A stretch of 45,085 nt of DNA from Candidatus Altiarchaeota archaeon (lineage in GTDB: Archaea; SpSt-1190; DYHY01), in the NCBI GenBank assembly GCA_030622515.1, contig JAUXGB010000001.1, positions 1-45,085 on the forward strand, given 5' to 3'. The translations under genes and the position numbers were made by a program. Positions 1 through 9,016 of this stretch are shown one piece after another. Each line of letters begins with the position of its first letter. The stretch's first letter is position 1. The notes below the pieces were generated by a model. That model saw only the letters and a list, made by a program, of their open reading frames with translations, did no database searches and was not told the DNA's origin.

Positions 1-89
1 CATACTTCGAAGAAGGCTGCTAGACAGCTCCCAGCCAAGAAAGAATCGGTTTCTACGGGAAAAAGCGGAAAAAAACAGGGTGCCAGCAC

Positions 90-977
90 CTATGCGTAAA
101 CTTCCACAATATCGTCTTCTTTCAGTTTGAAGTCAAGCCCGACCTTCTGCCCTGAATGGACCCAGCTTTCCCTCCAGACACGAGCGAACCTGAAGCTTTC
201 AAGAAGGTCTTTGTGAATCCCCTTTGCAAAGTTCCGAACGCTGGCGCCTTGGCGCAGTACCATAGGTCTTGCCTCGACCTTCCCCTTCTTCCTCGTATAG
301 ACCTTGAGCTTCCCAAGCTTGTCCCAGAGACTTTTCTTCAGGCCCTCCTTCCATTTTCCCTCAAGCCTGAAAACCGGATAGTCAGCATGCTCAACCCCCC
401 CGCCTTTCGAGACAGCGACAATAAGCGGCATATTCCTTATCCTCGCAATCTCAAGTTCTTTCAGCAGCCCGTCAAGCTGCCTCTGGTTCTCAACAAGCAG
501 GACAATCCCGTCTGAGTTTCTTATCGTTCCAAACCAGGGGCCTCTTTCCGAATAGCAGCTTCCCCTCATCAGGGCAGGAATCTCAACCATCTGGAGCTTC
601 ACTCCCTTGTAGTCCATCGTCCCTATCTCAGCCGTGTTTGTTGTGTAGGGGTAGGAAGCAATCTCAGGACGGGCGTGGGTCACCCGGGATAGAAAAGTTG
701 ACTTGCCTGAGTTTGGATAACCAATCACGACAATCTGCGCATCCCCCTCCTTCTTCACGGAATACCTGTCGCTCCTTGCCCCGCCCCTCTTCTTCGTCAG
801 CGCCTCCTTCAGTTTGGAGATTTTCCTCTTAATGTCCCCCCTCAGGGTCTGGGCCCCTTTGTGGTGCGGCGCAGCCGACAGCATTTCCTCAAGGGCCTTT
901 ATCTTCTCAGCTCTGGTTTTCGCTTCCTCATACTTAACCTTCTTCTCGAAGAATTCTGGTCCGGCATTTAAAGGCAT
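90..977 (-). CDS. DRG/Obg-family GTP-binding protein with C-terminal TGS domain
   Basis: G1 GYPNSGKST, G2 region IASYPYTT, N-terminal helical 'PHHKG' segment, TGS-like C-terminus (FARVW...GQKVGLDFKLKEDDIVEV). G3 and G4 are atypical (EIPA, SKGG). Confidence 0.85.
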   Translation of the reverse strand: MPLNAGPEFFEKKVKYEEAKTRAEKIKALEEMLSAAPHHKGAQTLRGDIKRKISKLKEALTKKRGGARSDRYSVKKEGDAQIVVIGYPNSGKSTFLSRVTHARPEIASYPYTTNTAEIGTMDYKGVKLQMVEIPALMRGSCYSERGPWFGTIRNSDGIVLLVENQRQLDGLLKELEIARIRNMPLIVAVSKGGGVEHADYPVFRLEGKWKEGLKKSLWDKLGKLKVYTRKKGKVEARPMVLRQGASVRNFAKGIHKDLLESFRFARVWRESWVHSGQKVGLDFKLKEDDIVEVYA

Positions 978-1015
978 GAAAAATTACTATAAAGCCTGCC
1001 TTATTAATCTTCTCA

Positions 1016-1648
1016 ATGGACTTCACCAGACAGAGATACCGGCTTGTACGGCTCCTCAGGGAGACCCATGCCATAAAGCGGGAAATTGTCGAGAACGCCT
1101 TCCTTGCCGTCAGGAGGGAGGAGTTTATCCCGCTCGAATACCACAACTACGCCTACGAAAACAATCCTCTCCCTATCGGATATGACGCGACAATTTCCCA
1201 GCCATCAACAATAGCCAACATGATTGAGGCGGCAGGAGTCTCGTCAGGCGAGAAAGTCCTTGAGGTAGGAAGCGGCCGGGGCTACCTGCTGGCACTGCTC
1301 TCCGACATTGTCGGCCCTGAGGGAAAGGTTTTTGGAATTGAGCTCGTTCCCCAGCTTGCTGAAATCTCAAGGGCAAAGCTGAAGAAGTATTCTAACATTC
1401 AGGTGACTGACGGCGATGGCTGGTACGGGCTGGAGGCTGAAGCGCCTTTTGATGTAATAATTGTTTCAGCTGCGGCAAAAAAGATTCCCGATAAGCTCAT
1501 TGCCCAGCTCAGGCCGGGGGGAAGAGTGGTCGTCCCTGTCAACTACCTTATGGCCCAGAAGATGATGCTGATAACGAAGAAAGAGGATGGCAGCTACACT
1601 GAAGAAACCATCGGCCTCTACTCTTTTGTACCCCTCCGCTCAAGATAA
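1016..1648 (+). CDS. pcm: Protein-L-isoaspartate(D-aspartate) O-methyltransferase
   Basis: PLPIGYDATISQP, VLEVGSGRGY, GDGWYGLEAEAPFDVIIVSAA and C-terminal FVPL are PIMT signatures. Confidence 0.95.
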   Translation: MDFTRQRYRLVRLLRETHAIKREIVENAFLAVRREEFIPLEYHNYAYENNPLPIGYDATISQPSTIANMIEAAGVSSGEKVLEVGSGRGYLLALLSDIVGPEGKVFGIELVPQLAEISRAKLKKYSNIQVTDGDGWYGLEAEAPFDVIIVSAAAKKIPDKLIAQLRPGGRVVVPVNYLMAQKMMLITKKEDGSYTEETIGLYSFVPLRSR

Positions 1649-1679
1649 GGTATTTAAGTAGGTCCTGAAAAGTAGACCC

Positions 1680-2321
1680 ATGGCAGACCTATTTACCGCA
1701 TCGGCAGAACAGGTAGCTAACTTTGTTGGCGGGCTTAATTTCGTACCAGGGCCAATCGCAATTCTTGTAGTGGGATTTGTACTTGGGTGGCTTCTCAACC
1801 TTTTTGTGCGCAAGTTCATAAAATCAACAAAGATTGAGACTCTCCTAAAAGAAGTTGGCATAACGCCAACAATTATGAAAGTTCCAATTGGAGTCTTCGC
1901 AGGCAGCATCCTCATGTGGGCCGTCTTCCTAATCTTCATCTTTGGCGCCCTCGAATCAATGGGCATCTCCATCATTACCCAAAACGCGGTTGAGAGCGGC
2001 GTGAGTTCCCTCTTGAAAGCCGTCCTCATCTTCACCATAGTAATCAAGGCAGGGGAGTATGTCAGGTCAAAGATGGTCTACCCGAAAATCCCCCAGAGCA
2101 AGCTTCTTGGCGCAATCATCTACTTCTGCTTTATCTACATGGCATCCTTGCTGTCAATGACCGAACTCTTCCCACAGGCTGCTGAGGTGTTGACAACCCT
2201 TCTTGTAATATTCTTGGGAAGCTTGGGACTCGCTGTTGCATTAGGCATCGGGCTTGCATTTGGCCTTGGAACCAAAGACATAATAGGGAAGTTTGTCGCC
2301 AAAAGACTGAAGATGAAGTAA
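1680..2321 (+). CDS. Membrane protein with MscS/CmpX-type TM-helix repeats
   Basis: Multiple TM helices (AILVVGFVLGWLL) and C-terminal GLAFGLGTKDI typical of MscS TM3. No cytoplasmic beta domain follows. Confidence 0.7.
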   Translation: MADLFTASAEQVANFVGGLNFVPGPIAILVVGFVLGWLLNLFVRKFIKSTKIETLLKEVGITPTIMKVPIGVFAGSILMWAVFLIFIFGALESMGISIITQNAVESGVSSLLKAVLIFTIVIKAGEYVRSKMVYPKIPQSKLLGAIIYFCFIYMASLLSMTELFPQAAEVLTTLLVIFLGSLGLAVALGIGLAFGLGTKDIIGKFVAKRLKMK

Positions 2322-2333
2322 GGAGACCTTACA

Positions 2334-4391
2334 ATGCGGTGGAAGCTCTGGCCCATTCTTATCATTATTCTGCTAATCCCGGCTTTCAGCTTCACAGACC
2401 CCTCCACCCTTTCCTCCCTTGAGCTTGACCTAGAGTTTCGAGGCGCAGCACAGGTCGCAGGAAGCTATGAACGGGTCTCTGTCAAGACCTACGAGTTTCC
2501 AGAGAATGACGAGAGGCAAACTACAACCTGCCCGGTAACCCCTTACCTCGGCACAGAAGGCAATCACTACACTTCGTTCAGCTTTGGGAAAAATGAGCCA
2601 ATTGAATTCTCCTACACCTGCACAATAATCACCAAGCCGGTCGGCGTCAGGGTCAGAAACCCAACTTCCTTTCCCCTCTCCAGTTTTCCAGCCGAGGTCA
2701 AGCCCTACCTTGAAGAGTCAAAGTATGTCAGGATTAACAGCGAGATTGCTGAAAAAGCCCTTGAGCTGTCTGCCAACAAAAACGAGCTCTTCGATGTTGT
2801 ATCAACAATGGCCTACTGGGTTTACAAAAACATCCAATACGACCGGGCCTACATTGACACCGCAGAGGAAAGCTCCTACGTACTTGAGGTGAGGGCGGGC
2901 GCCTGCGATGAGTTCTCCCACCTCTTCATAGCAATGCTTCGCAGCTTGGGAATCCCTGCCCGCTATGTCGGCGGCTACGCCTATGGCGGCTCAGCCCATA
3001 CAGGGGACTTTGGCCCCCATGGCTGGGCAGAGGTCTACTTCCCCTCCAGCGGCTGGGTCCCCTTCGACCCGACCTATGGCCAGTTTGGCTACGTCGATGC
3101 ATCCCACATAAAACTCTACGCTGGAACAGACGAAAGCTTCCCGGTTCAGGAAACAAACTACAGCTACTTCGCTTCCCCGCCAGCCTTCATCTGGCAGAAA
3201 ATAGACCCTGTCGTTACAATTATCGCCGAAGAAGTCGATTTCACCCCAGTAACAGTTTCCCTTGAAATGCCGGAAGAGGCAAATAAGAACGAATACTTTT
3301 TGGCAAAAGCAACCCTGACCAGTCAGATAGCCACAGCATCCCTGAACGAGGCAAAGCTCTACTACAAGCCCTCCAACCTCGACGATGACAAGGGGCTCCA
3401 GCTTGCTTACGGCGAGGAAAACACCACAGCAATAGTTTTCCCCGGCAGCTCGGCTGAGATAAATTGGGTCCTCACTGCGCCAACGCCAAACTACAAGTTC
3501 CCGCTCGTCGCTGTATCCGGTCGCCAGTCAGAGCAGAAAAGGATTGCGATAATGGACAGGCAGCCCTCAACCTACCTCTCCCTCAGTTCTGACAAGACAA
3601 GCTACAGGGAAGGCGAGCAGGCAAAAATCATGGTAATGCTCTCCTCCTCGACCTATGACGGGCCTGTTGAACTAATCGAGCTTGGTTCAGGCATCACCGG
3701 GACCGCCCAGCTTGAGGCTGGAACCTCAACCACAGTTGAGCTGACCATCCCGGCCAGAGACGAGGTCGCCATCTACTCAACATCAAAAAGCTACGATGTC
3801 CTTCCCCTCTCCTTCTCCGACTCCAAGCTCCGGTACATCATGGTTATCCCCAGTCTTGTCTCCGTCGGGGAAAACTTTGAGGTTAAGGTAATCGCATACT
3901 CCAACGAACCTGTCGAAGTCGAGGTGGAGTTTGACGGACAAAGCGAGAAGAAAACCGTCACCCCCTCGGCAGCCTTCATCTTCCAGACAAGCCTCTCCAC
4001 CCCCTCAATAATCTCGGCAAATGTGAAGACGCTGTCAGGAACTGAAACGCTGAGAAAGTTTGTTCAGGTTGCCCCACAGACAGAACTGTCACTATCTCCC
4101 CCCTCCTCCCTCTTCAAAGAGGCCTCCATCTTCAGGCTTCGCCCAAAGATAGTCAACGGGGGAATCCAGTCCCTCGATACCTCCTTCCCTTGGGGAAACC
4201 ACTCCGGAGCTAGTTTCACCGTCCAGCCAAACGCCTGCGGCATCCACTACTACAAGACTCGCGTCACCTACACAGACTCCCTTAACGCGACAAGAACCCG
4301 CGAATTTAGCAACACGATAAATATCGATTGCAATCCACTATCTCAGCTAATAGCTAAAATACTTAAATTGCTGGGGATAATTGATGTTTAA
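2334..4391 (+). CDS. Secreted transglutaminase-like cysteine protease-fold protein with C-terminal beta-rich domains
   Basis: Signal peptide and Cys-His-Asp triad motifs GACDEFS, HGWAEVY, WVPFDPT. Confidence 0.85.
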   Translation: MRWKLWPILIIILLIPAFSFTDPSTLSSLELDLEFRGAAQVAGSYERVSVKTYEFPENDERQTTTCPVTPYLGTEGNHYTSFSFGKNEPIEFSYTCTIITKPVGVRVRNPTSFPLSSFPAEVKPYLEESKYVRINSEIAEKALELSANKNELFDVVSTMAYWVYKNIQYDRAYIDTAEESSYVLEVRAGACDEFSHLFIAMLRSLGIPARYVGGYAYGGSAHTGDFGPHGWAEVYFPSSGWVPFDPTYGQFGYVDASHIKLYAGTDESFPVQETNYSYFASPPAFIWQKIDPVVTIIAEEVDFTPVTVSLEMPEEANKNEYFLAKATLTSQIATASLNEAKLYYKPSNLDDDKGLQLAYGEENTTAIVFPGSSAEINWVLTAPTPNYKFPLVAVSGRQSEQKRIAIMDRQPSTYLSLSSDKTSYREGEQAKIMVMLSSSTYDGPVELIELGSGITGTAQLEAGTSTTVELTIPARDEVAIYSTSKSYDVLPLSFSDSKLRYIMVIPSLVSVGENFEVKVIAYSNEPVEVEVEFDGQSEKKTVTPSAAFIFQTSLSTPSIISANVKTLSGTETLRKFVQVAPQTELSLSPPSSLFKEASIFRLRPKIVNGGIQSLDTSFPWGNHSGASFTVQPNACGIHYYKTRVTYTDSLNATRTREFSNTINIDCNPLSQLIAKILKLLGIIDV

Positions 4392-5352
4392 GATGAAACG
4401 ACACCTTCCGGCCCTGTTTGCCCTTGTCCTCCTGATATGGCTACTCAAGCCAATCAGCGACTCCATAATTTTCGGCGCAATAATAGCCTACATCATGCTT
4501 CCCCTTCACAAAAAACTTTCCATCAAGATGGGTAATTCCCGCTCCGCCATCCTCATGTCAGCTTTGGCCTTCACCCTGATTGTCCTGCCAGCCATCTACC
4601 TCTATGGATTTGTCCTCCAGCAGGGCCTTGTCGCCTACGACAACTTATCAGTACTTGGCCTCCCCTCCGAAGGATTTATCCCAAGGGAAATAGTTGAAAA
4701 GCAGGAATTTCTCCTCACCAAGCCAAGCGAGAACTTCGGCGAATTCATTGCATCCTACCTCCTCTTGGCCCCTGAGCTCGTCCTCAAGCTCTTCCTCCTT
4801 GTCTTTATCATCGGCTACCTGCTGAAAGACCACGGGAAGCTCCACGACTACATCAACAGACTAAGGCTGACAGGGCAGGAACAGGAATTTATCCTCCGCT
4901 TCTCTGAAGGCTTCAAGGCAATAATCTACATCAACTTCATGCTTGCCCTCATCTTCGGCTTCCTGTCAGGAATCCTCCTGACCCTCCTAAGGGTCCCCTA
5001 CGCCGCCCCAATAGCCACTCTGGTGACTTTCTTCACCTTCCTCCCTGTGATGGGCTACTGGGTAATCCTCGCAGCCGTAGCAATCTGGCAATACACAATT
5101 CCCAATCTGGTGAACTTCGGAATACTTGTCGCCTTCATTGTCGTTGTCGGGGTTGTCGAAATCCTCTTCCGCGCCTCCCTGAGCGAGTACGCCCTCAATC
5201 CTATCCTCTTCGCCTTTGGCTTCTTCGGCGGGGTCATGACGTTTGGCCTTCCCGGCATCTTCATCGGCCCGCTCCTCATGTGTGCGATTAAGTCAGCTTT
5301 TGACATCTCAACGCAAAAGCCAGGGAAGCAGAAGCCAGAGAAACGAAACTAA
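4384..5352 (+). CDS. AI-2E (PerM/UPF0118) family transporter
   Basis: IAYIMLPL, FLPVMG, GFFGGVMTFGLPGIFIGPL and about 8 TM helices. Start could also be 4381 or 4393. Confidence 0.85.
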   Translation: MFKMKRHLPALFALVLLIWLLKPISDSIIFGAIIAYIMLPLHKKLSIKMGNSRSAILMSALAFTLIVLPAIYLYGFVLQQGLVAYDNLSVLGLPSEGFIPREIVEKQEFLLTKPSENFGEFIASYLLLAPELVLKLFLLVFIIGYLLKDHGKLHDYINRLRLTGQEQEFILRFSEGFKAIIYINFMLALIFGFLSGILLTLLRVPYAAPIATLVTFFTFLPVMGYWVILAAVAIWQYTIPNLVNFGILVAFIVVVGVVEILFRASLSEYALNPILFAFGFFGGVMTFGLPGIFIGPLLMCAIKSAFDISTQKPGKQKPEKRN

Positions 5353-5381
5353 TTTCAATACGACCGGCGTCTTCTATTCAA

Positions 5382-6140
5382 ATGGCAGTAGACCTAATAG
5401 CCCTTGCAATGGAGGACATAGGTAGGTGGGACTCTCAGCTCCTTGAGCTGGTGCGGGGGAAAAAGGTTGACCCATGGGACATTGACATAGCAAAGCTGAC
5501 GGAAAGCTACCTCGGGAAGCTCAAAGAGCTGAAGAAAATGGACTTTCGTCTCCCCGGCAAGGCGATAATGACTGCGTCAGTTCTCCTCCGGATGAAATCG
5601 GAAAGACTTCTTCACGACAAGCAGCAGCAGATTGAGCGTGAAAAAACCGAGGCCCTCCCCTTCAGGCCGCTCGACCTTCCCAAGCTCAAGCCTGTCCGCC
5701 GAATGGTCGAGAGGAAAATCACCATCCTTGAGCTGGTCGACGCCCTCCGCGGAGCTTTTGAAATCGAAAAGGGCAAGCTTAGGAGAAGAACAGTCATCAA
5801 GCAAATCGTCAACTTCTCGTTCTTTGACATGAGCCGGCTCCTCGAAGGCCTAAGGGTCTTCCTTCAAAGGAAGCTTGCCGACCGTGAAACTGTCGAGATG
5901 AGCGAGCTTTTCGGAAAGCAGGCCGGCGTCGAAGAAGTTGAAGGCCATGACCGCAACGCCCTAATCTTCATCGGCCTCCTCCACCTTGCAAACGACGAGT
6001 TTATCGAGCTTCAGCAGGAGGAGTGGAACAGCCCAATACTTATAAAAAAGAAAGACCTTGACCGGCCAATCAAACCAACCACCTACACAGTGATAGATGA
6101 GATTGCCTACGAGGAGGAAGCAGATGGGGAAGGAGATTGA
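5382..6140 (+). CDS. scpA: Segregation and condensation protein A (kleisin)
   Basis: VDPWDIDIAKLT, ASVLLRMKS, C-terminal FIGLLHLA...LQQEE winged helix; directly upstream of scpB. Confidence 0.9.
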   Translation: MAVDLIALAMEDIGRWDSQLLELVRGKKVDPWDIDIAKLTESYLGKLKELKKMDFRLPGKAIMTASVLLRMKSERLLHDKQQQIEREKTEALPFRPLDLPKLKPVRRMVERKITILELVDALRGAFEIEKGKLRRRTVIKQIVNFSFFDMSRLLEGLRVFLQRKLADRETVEMSELFGKQAGVEEVEGHDRNALIFIGLLHLANDEFIELQQEEWNSPILIKKKDLDRPIKPTTYTVIDEIAYEEEADGEGD

Positions 6141-6657
6141 AAAGAAAAAGCTGATTGAGGCAGCGCTCTTCCTTGCGGGACGAAGGCTCAGGCTGAAAGA
6201 AATCTGTAAGGCTGCAGGAACAACCCCGGCAGCCACAAAGAAGCTTCTCGAAGAGCTGATGGGTGAGTTCGGGAACAACTCAGCCCTTGAAATCGTGTTC
6301 GAAGACGACCTTTACAAGATGAAGGTAAAGGACCCCTACCTTCCCCATGTCAAGGAAATGTCATCCCTGACAGACCTCCTCGAAGGAGATTCAAAAACCC
6401 TCTCAATAATTGCCTACTACCAGCCAATCCGCCAGAGCGAAATAGTCAAGATTCGCGGCAACCGCGTCTACGACCAAATCAAAAGATTAATCGGCCGCGG
6501 CTTTGTCTCCTCCGAACCAAAGGGAAGAACCAAGCTCCTCTCAGTAACCTCGAAATTCCGAGAATACTTTGGCAACCAGATAGATGAGTTCCGCAAGCAG
6601 ATTGAGAGCGGCGAGCTGGAGAAAAAGGAGGGTGATGAAGATAGCAGGCCTCAATAG
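6124..6657 (+). CDS. scpB: SMC-Scp complex subunit ScpB
   Basis: LIEAALF, TLSIIAYYQPIRQSEIVKIRG, VTSKFREYFG. ATG 6124 follows GAGGAGG. Confidence 0.92.
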   Translation: MGKEIEKKKLIEAALFLAGRRLRLKEICKAAGTTPAATKKLLEELMGEFGNNSALEIVFEDDLYKMKVKDPYLPHVKEMSSLTDLLEGDSKTLSIIAYYQPIRQSEIVKIRGNRVYDQIKRLIGRGFVSSEPKGRTKLLSVTSKFREYFGNQIDEFRKQIESGELEKKEGDEDSRPQ

Positions 6658-7675
6658 CCTTTCCTTCCTCGCCGCTGTCAAAAAGCTGAAGCGGCTCGAA
6701 GGCTTCCGGCTCAGGAAAATCTCCTCCTCGGGAAAAAAGTTCGTCTTCGAGTTCTCGACCAAGCCCAAAACCTTCCTCGTCTCTTCCCCCGGCCACATCT
6801 ACCTGACAAGAGAAAAGCCAGTCGGCCTGAAGGCAACCGGCTTTGTCAGCCTCTTGAGGAAGCACCTTGAGGGGAGAGCAATCTCCCAAGTAACACAAAT
6901 GGGCGGCGACAGGATTGTAACGCTCGACTCCGGTAACCTCTCCCTAATCCTCGAGGTCTTCGACGGCAACATAATCCTGACCGACAGGGGCAAGATAGTC
7001 GGCGCCGCTGTCCAGCGCAAGTGGCGCACCCGCTCCATCCTTCCGGGCCACGACTACAAGCCCCCGCCACTCTCGCCATCGCTCGAATCCCTTCGCCTTG
7101 ACTCCTTCCAAAAACTCTTCGGAGCGAAAGAGTGCGTAAAGCTCCTTGCAGCCGACCTCGGCCTTGGAAAAACCCTTTCCGAACACTTCCTCGCCCTCTG
7201 CGCCATTCCAAAAGACACTCTCCATCTTGAGCGAAGCGAGGCAGACAAGCTGCTGGCCCACATCTTCGAAGCTATCGAACGGCTCGACGAGGACCGCGGC
7301 TACCGCTACGGAACAGAAGTCTTCCCGCTCAGGCTTGACGAGGAACCTGACGAGGTTTACCCGACCTTCTTCCAGGCAGTCGAAGCATCCAAGAGCAGGC
7401 AGGACCAGTCGGCCGCCTTCTTCCTCGACGCCAAGAGGATTGAGGAAAAAGTAGCGCCACTTGAGCAGGCCCTTGCCCGCCAGAAAGCAGCCCGCCAACA
7501 GCTGCTGGCTGACGCTGACGCCGAGAAGGAAAAGGCAAACAAGATTTCCGAGAATCTCCAGATGATAGACGCCATCACCGACCTCTTCCGCAAGACAGGC
7601 TGGAGCACTGTCATCTCCCATCCAAGCGTCCTCGAGGCCCGCCCTGAAGCGGGAAAGATAAAGCTCAAGTTGTAA
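6635..7675 (+). CDS. RqcH/NFACT (FbpA-like) N-terminal portion, lacking NFACT-R
   Basis: FVSLLRKHLEG, GGDRIV, LILEVFDGNIILTD, HhH-like GLGKTLSE and one coiled coil; ends at IKLKL. Confidence 0.8.
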   Translation: MKIAGLNSLSFLAAVKKLKRLEGFRLRKISSSGKKFVFEFSTKPKTFLVSSPGHIYLTREKPVGLKATGFVSLLRKHLEGRAISQVTQMGGDRIVTLDSGNLSLILEVFDGNIILTDRGKIVGAAVQRKWRTRSILPGHDYKPPPLSPSLESLRLDSFQKLFGAKECVKLLAADLGLGKTLSEHFLALCAIPKDTLHLERSEADKLLAHIFEAIERLDEDRGYRYGTEVFPLRLDEEPDEVYPTFFQAVEASKSRQDQSAAFFLDAKRIEEKVAPLEQALARQKAARQQLLADADAEKEKANKISENLQMIDAITDLFRKTGWSTVISHPSVLEARPEAGKIKLKL

Positions 7676-7717
7676 ATCCCCGAAACGTATTAAAGCCGAA
7701 ACCACTTTTTAAGGGCT

Positions 7718-8992
7718 ATGGCAAGCCGATTTGTAGCACCCCTTGCAAGCCAGTCCTCAGACACCTTTAGGGCCATCCTGACCGTCGCAGGATTCATCTT
7801 CCTTGCCGGCATGCTCTCAATCCTCTTTGCCCCGGCCCTTGCCTTCAGCCACGACACAGCCCTGCTGTTCCTCCTCACCCTCTTCATCATTCCCTTTATG
7901 CTTACCTTCATGCTCAAGAGCTTCCGCAAGGCAATCATCTGCTGCGCACCAAACATTATCGCCCTGCCGGCTGTCGCCCTAACAGCAGCAGTCATGCAGG
8001 TCCAAGTAGTCGGGGTGGCCACCCTCTTCGCCCCCATATCCTTCGGCCTTTCCTGCGGCATAAACTACCTTCTTGCCAAGGAATACTTCGACCAGAGGAG
8101 AAAGCCTGTCCCGGTTCGCCACGCAATAAAAGCAGTCTACACCCAGTACTCCCGAGCCGTCGTCGGCATCTACCTCATAGCAGCGGTAACCTTCCTCATG
8201 ATTGCGCCAATAATGACAGGCGGACTGTCCGCCCTCGGCATAATAACATCCATCTCCTTCCTCTACACCCTCCTCGCGGCAATCTTCATCATGCCTGCAG
8301 CCTTTCGCCTTTACGAGCACCGCCTTGCGAAAAGGGCTCTCAGCTCCGGCGAGGCAGCAGTGCTTAAGTTCTCAAGAAGCTACGGCCACCAAAGGGTGCA
8401 TCATTCCAACTTCGCCTCATGGCTTGGCCTCTCAGTTGACGAAGTCAAGCAAATCGTTGACAACCTGAAAAGCAAGGGCTGCATTGGGAAGAAGTTCTTC
8501 TCCCTCCACGACCCACTCCTCTGGTTCCTGACCATCTTCTCCTACATTGTCGGCGCCTCAATCGGCCTTGGCTACATCCCAATGGTCGAAACCACGCTCA
8601 GGCCCCTCTTCATCCTTCTCCTACTGACGGTTGGCATCGCCCTACAGGCCCCCCAGCTAATCAAAATAATTGACAAAGTCACCCGCCGCCTCTTAGGCTT
8701 CATCCTCGTCGGCGCCTCTCTTGTCTTGGCAGCAGGCCACTCCACCCTTCTCCTCCAGGCGGCAATAGTCATGATGCTTGCCGGCTTCGCCTCGATAAAA
8801 CTCTCCGAAAGCGACATCTGGCTCCCCTCAACCATCCTCATCGGCGTCTACTTTGCCCTCATCTTTGCCCTTGGCTGGGCAATGCAGGCATCCCTAACCG
8901 ACACAGGAAAACTCTGGTCCCTCGCCTTCGCCGTAATCATCTTCGCCGCCCTCCACATAATCGAGGAAGACTCCGTTATGGAGATTGCATAA
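7718..8992 (+). CDS. Polytopic membrane protein: MMPL/RND-type TM half-module, winged-helix-like segment and about 6 further TM helices
   Basis: LKSFRKAIICCAPN...AIKAVYTQYSRAV...AAIFIMPA matches the RND TM repeat pattern. FASWLGLSVDEVKQIVDNLKSKGCIG is HTH-like. Confidence 0.6.
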   Translation: MASRFVAPLASQSSDTFRAILTVAGFIFLAGMLSILFAPALAFSHDTALLFLLTLFIIPFMLTFMLKSFRKAIICCAPNIIALPAVALTAAVMQVQVVGVATLFAPISFGLSCGINYLLAKEYFDQRRKPVPVRHAIKAVYTQYSRAVVGIYLIAAVTFLMIAPIMTGGLSALGIITSISFLYTLLAAIFIMPAAFRLYEHRLAKRALSSGEAAVLKFSRSYGHQRVHHSNFASWLGLSVDEVKQIVDNLKSKGCIGKKFFSLHDPLLWFLTIFSYIVGASIGLGYIPMVETTLRPLFILLLLTVGIALQAPQLIKIIDKVTRRLLGFILVGASLVLAAGHSTLLLQAAIVMMLAGFASIKLSESDIWLPSTILIGVYFALIFALGWAMQASLTDTGKLWSLAFAVIIFAALHIIEEDSVMEIA

Positions 8993-9016
8993 GCAGGGCG
9001 GCTTTCTCGCAGCCTA

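Noticed and set aside
1..99. Possible 3' end of an upstream plus-strand gene
   Set aside because: Too short to determine frame or product.
6944..7705. 253-aa antisense ORF
   Set aside because: It lies entirely opposite the RqcH-like gene and is explained by codon bias.
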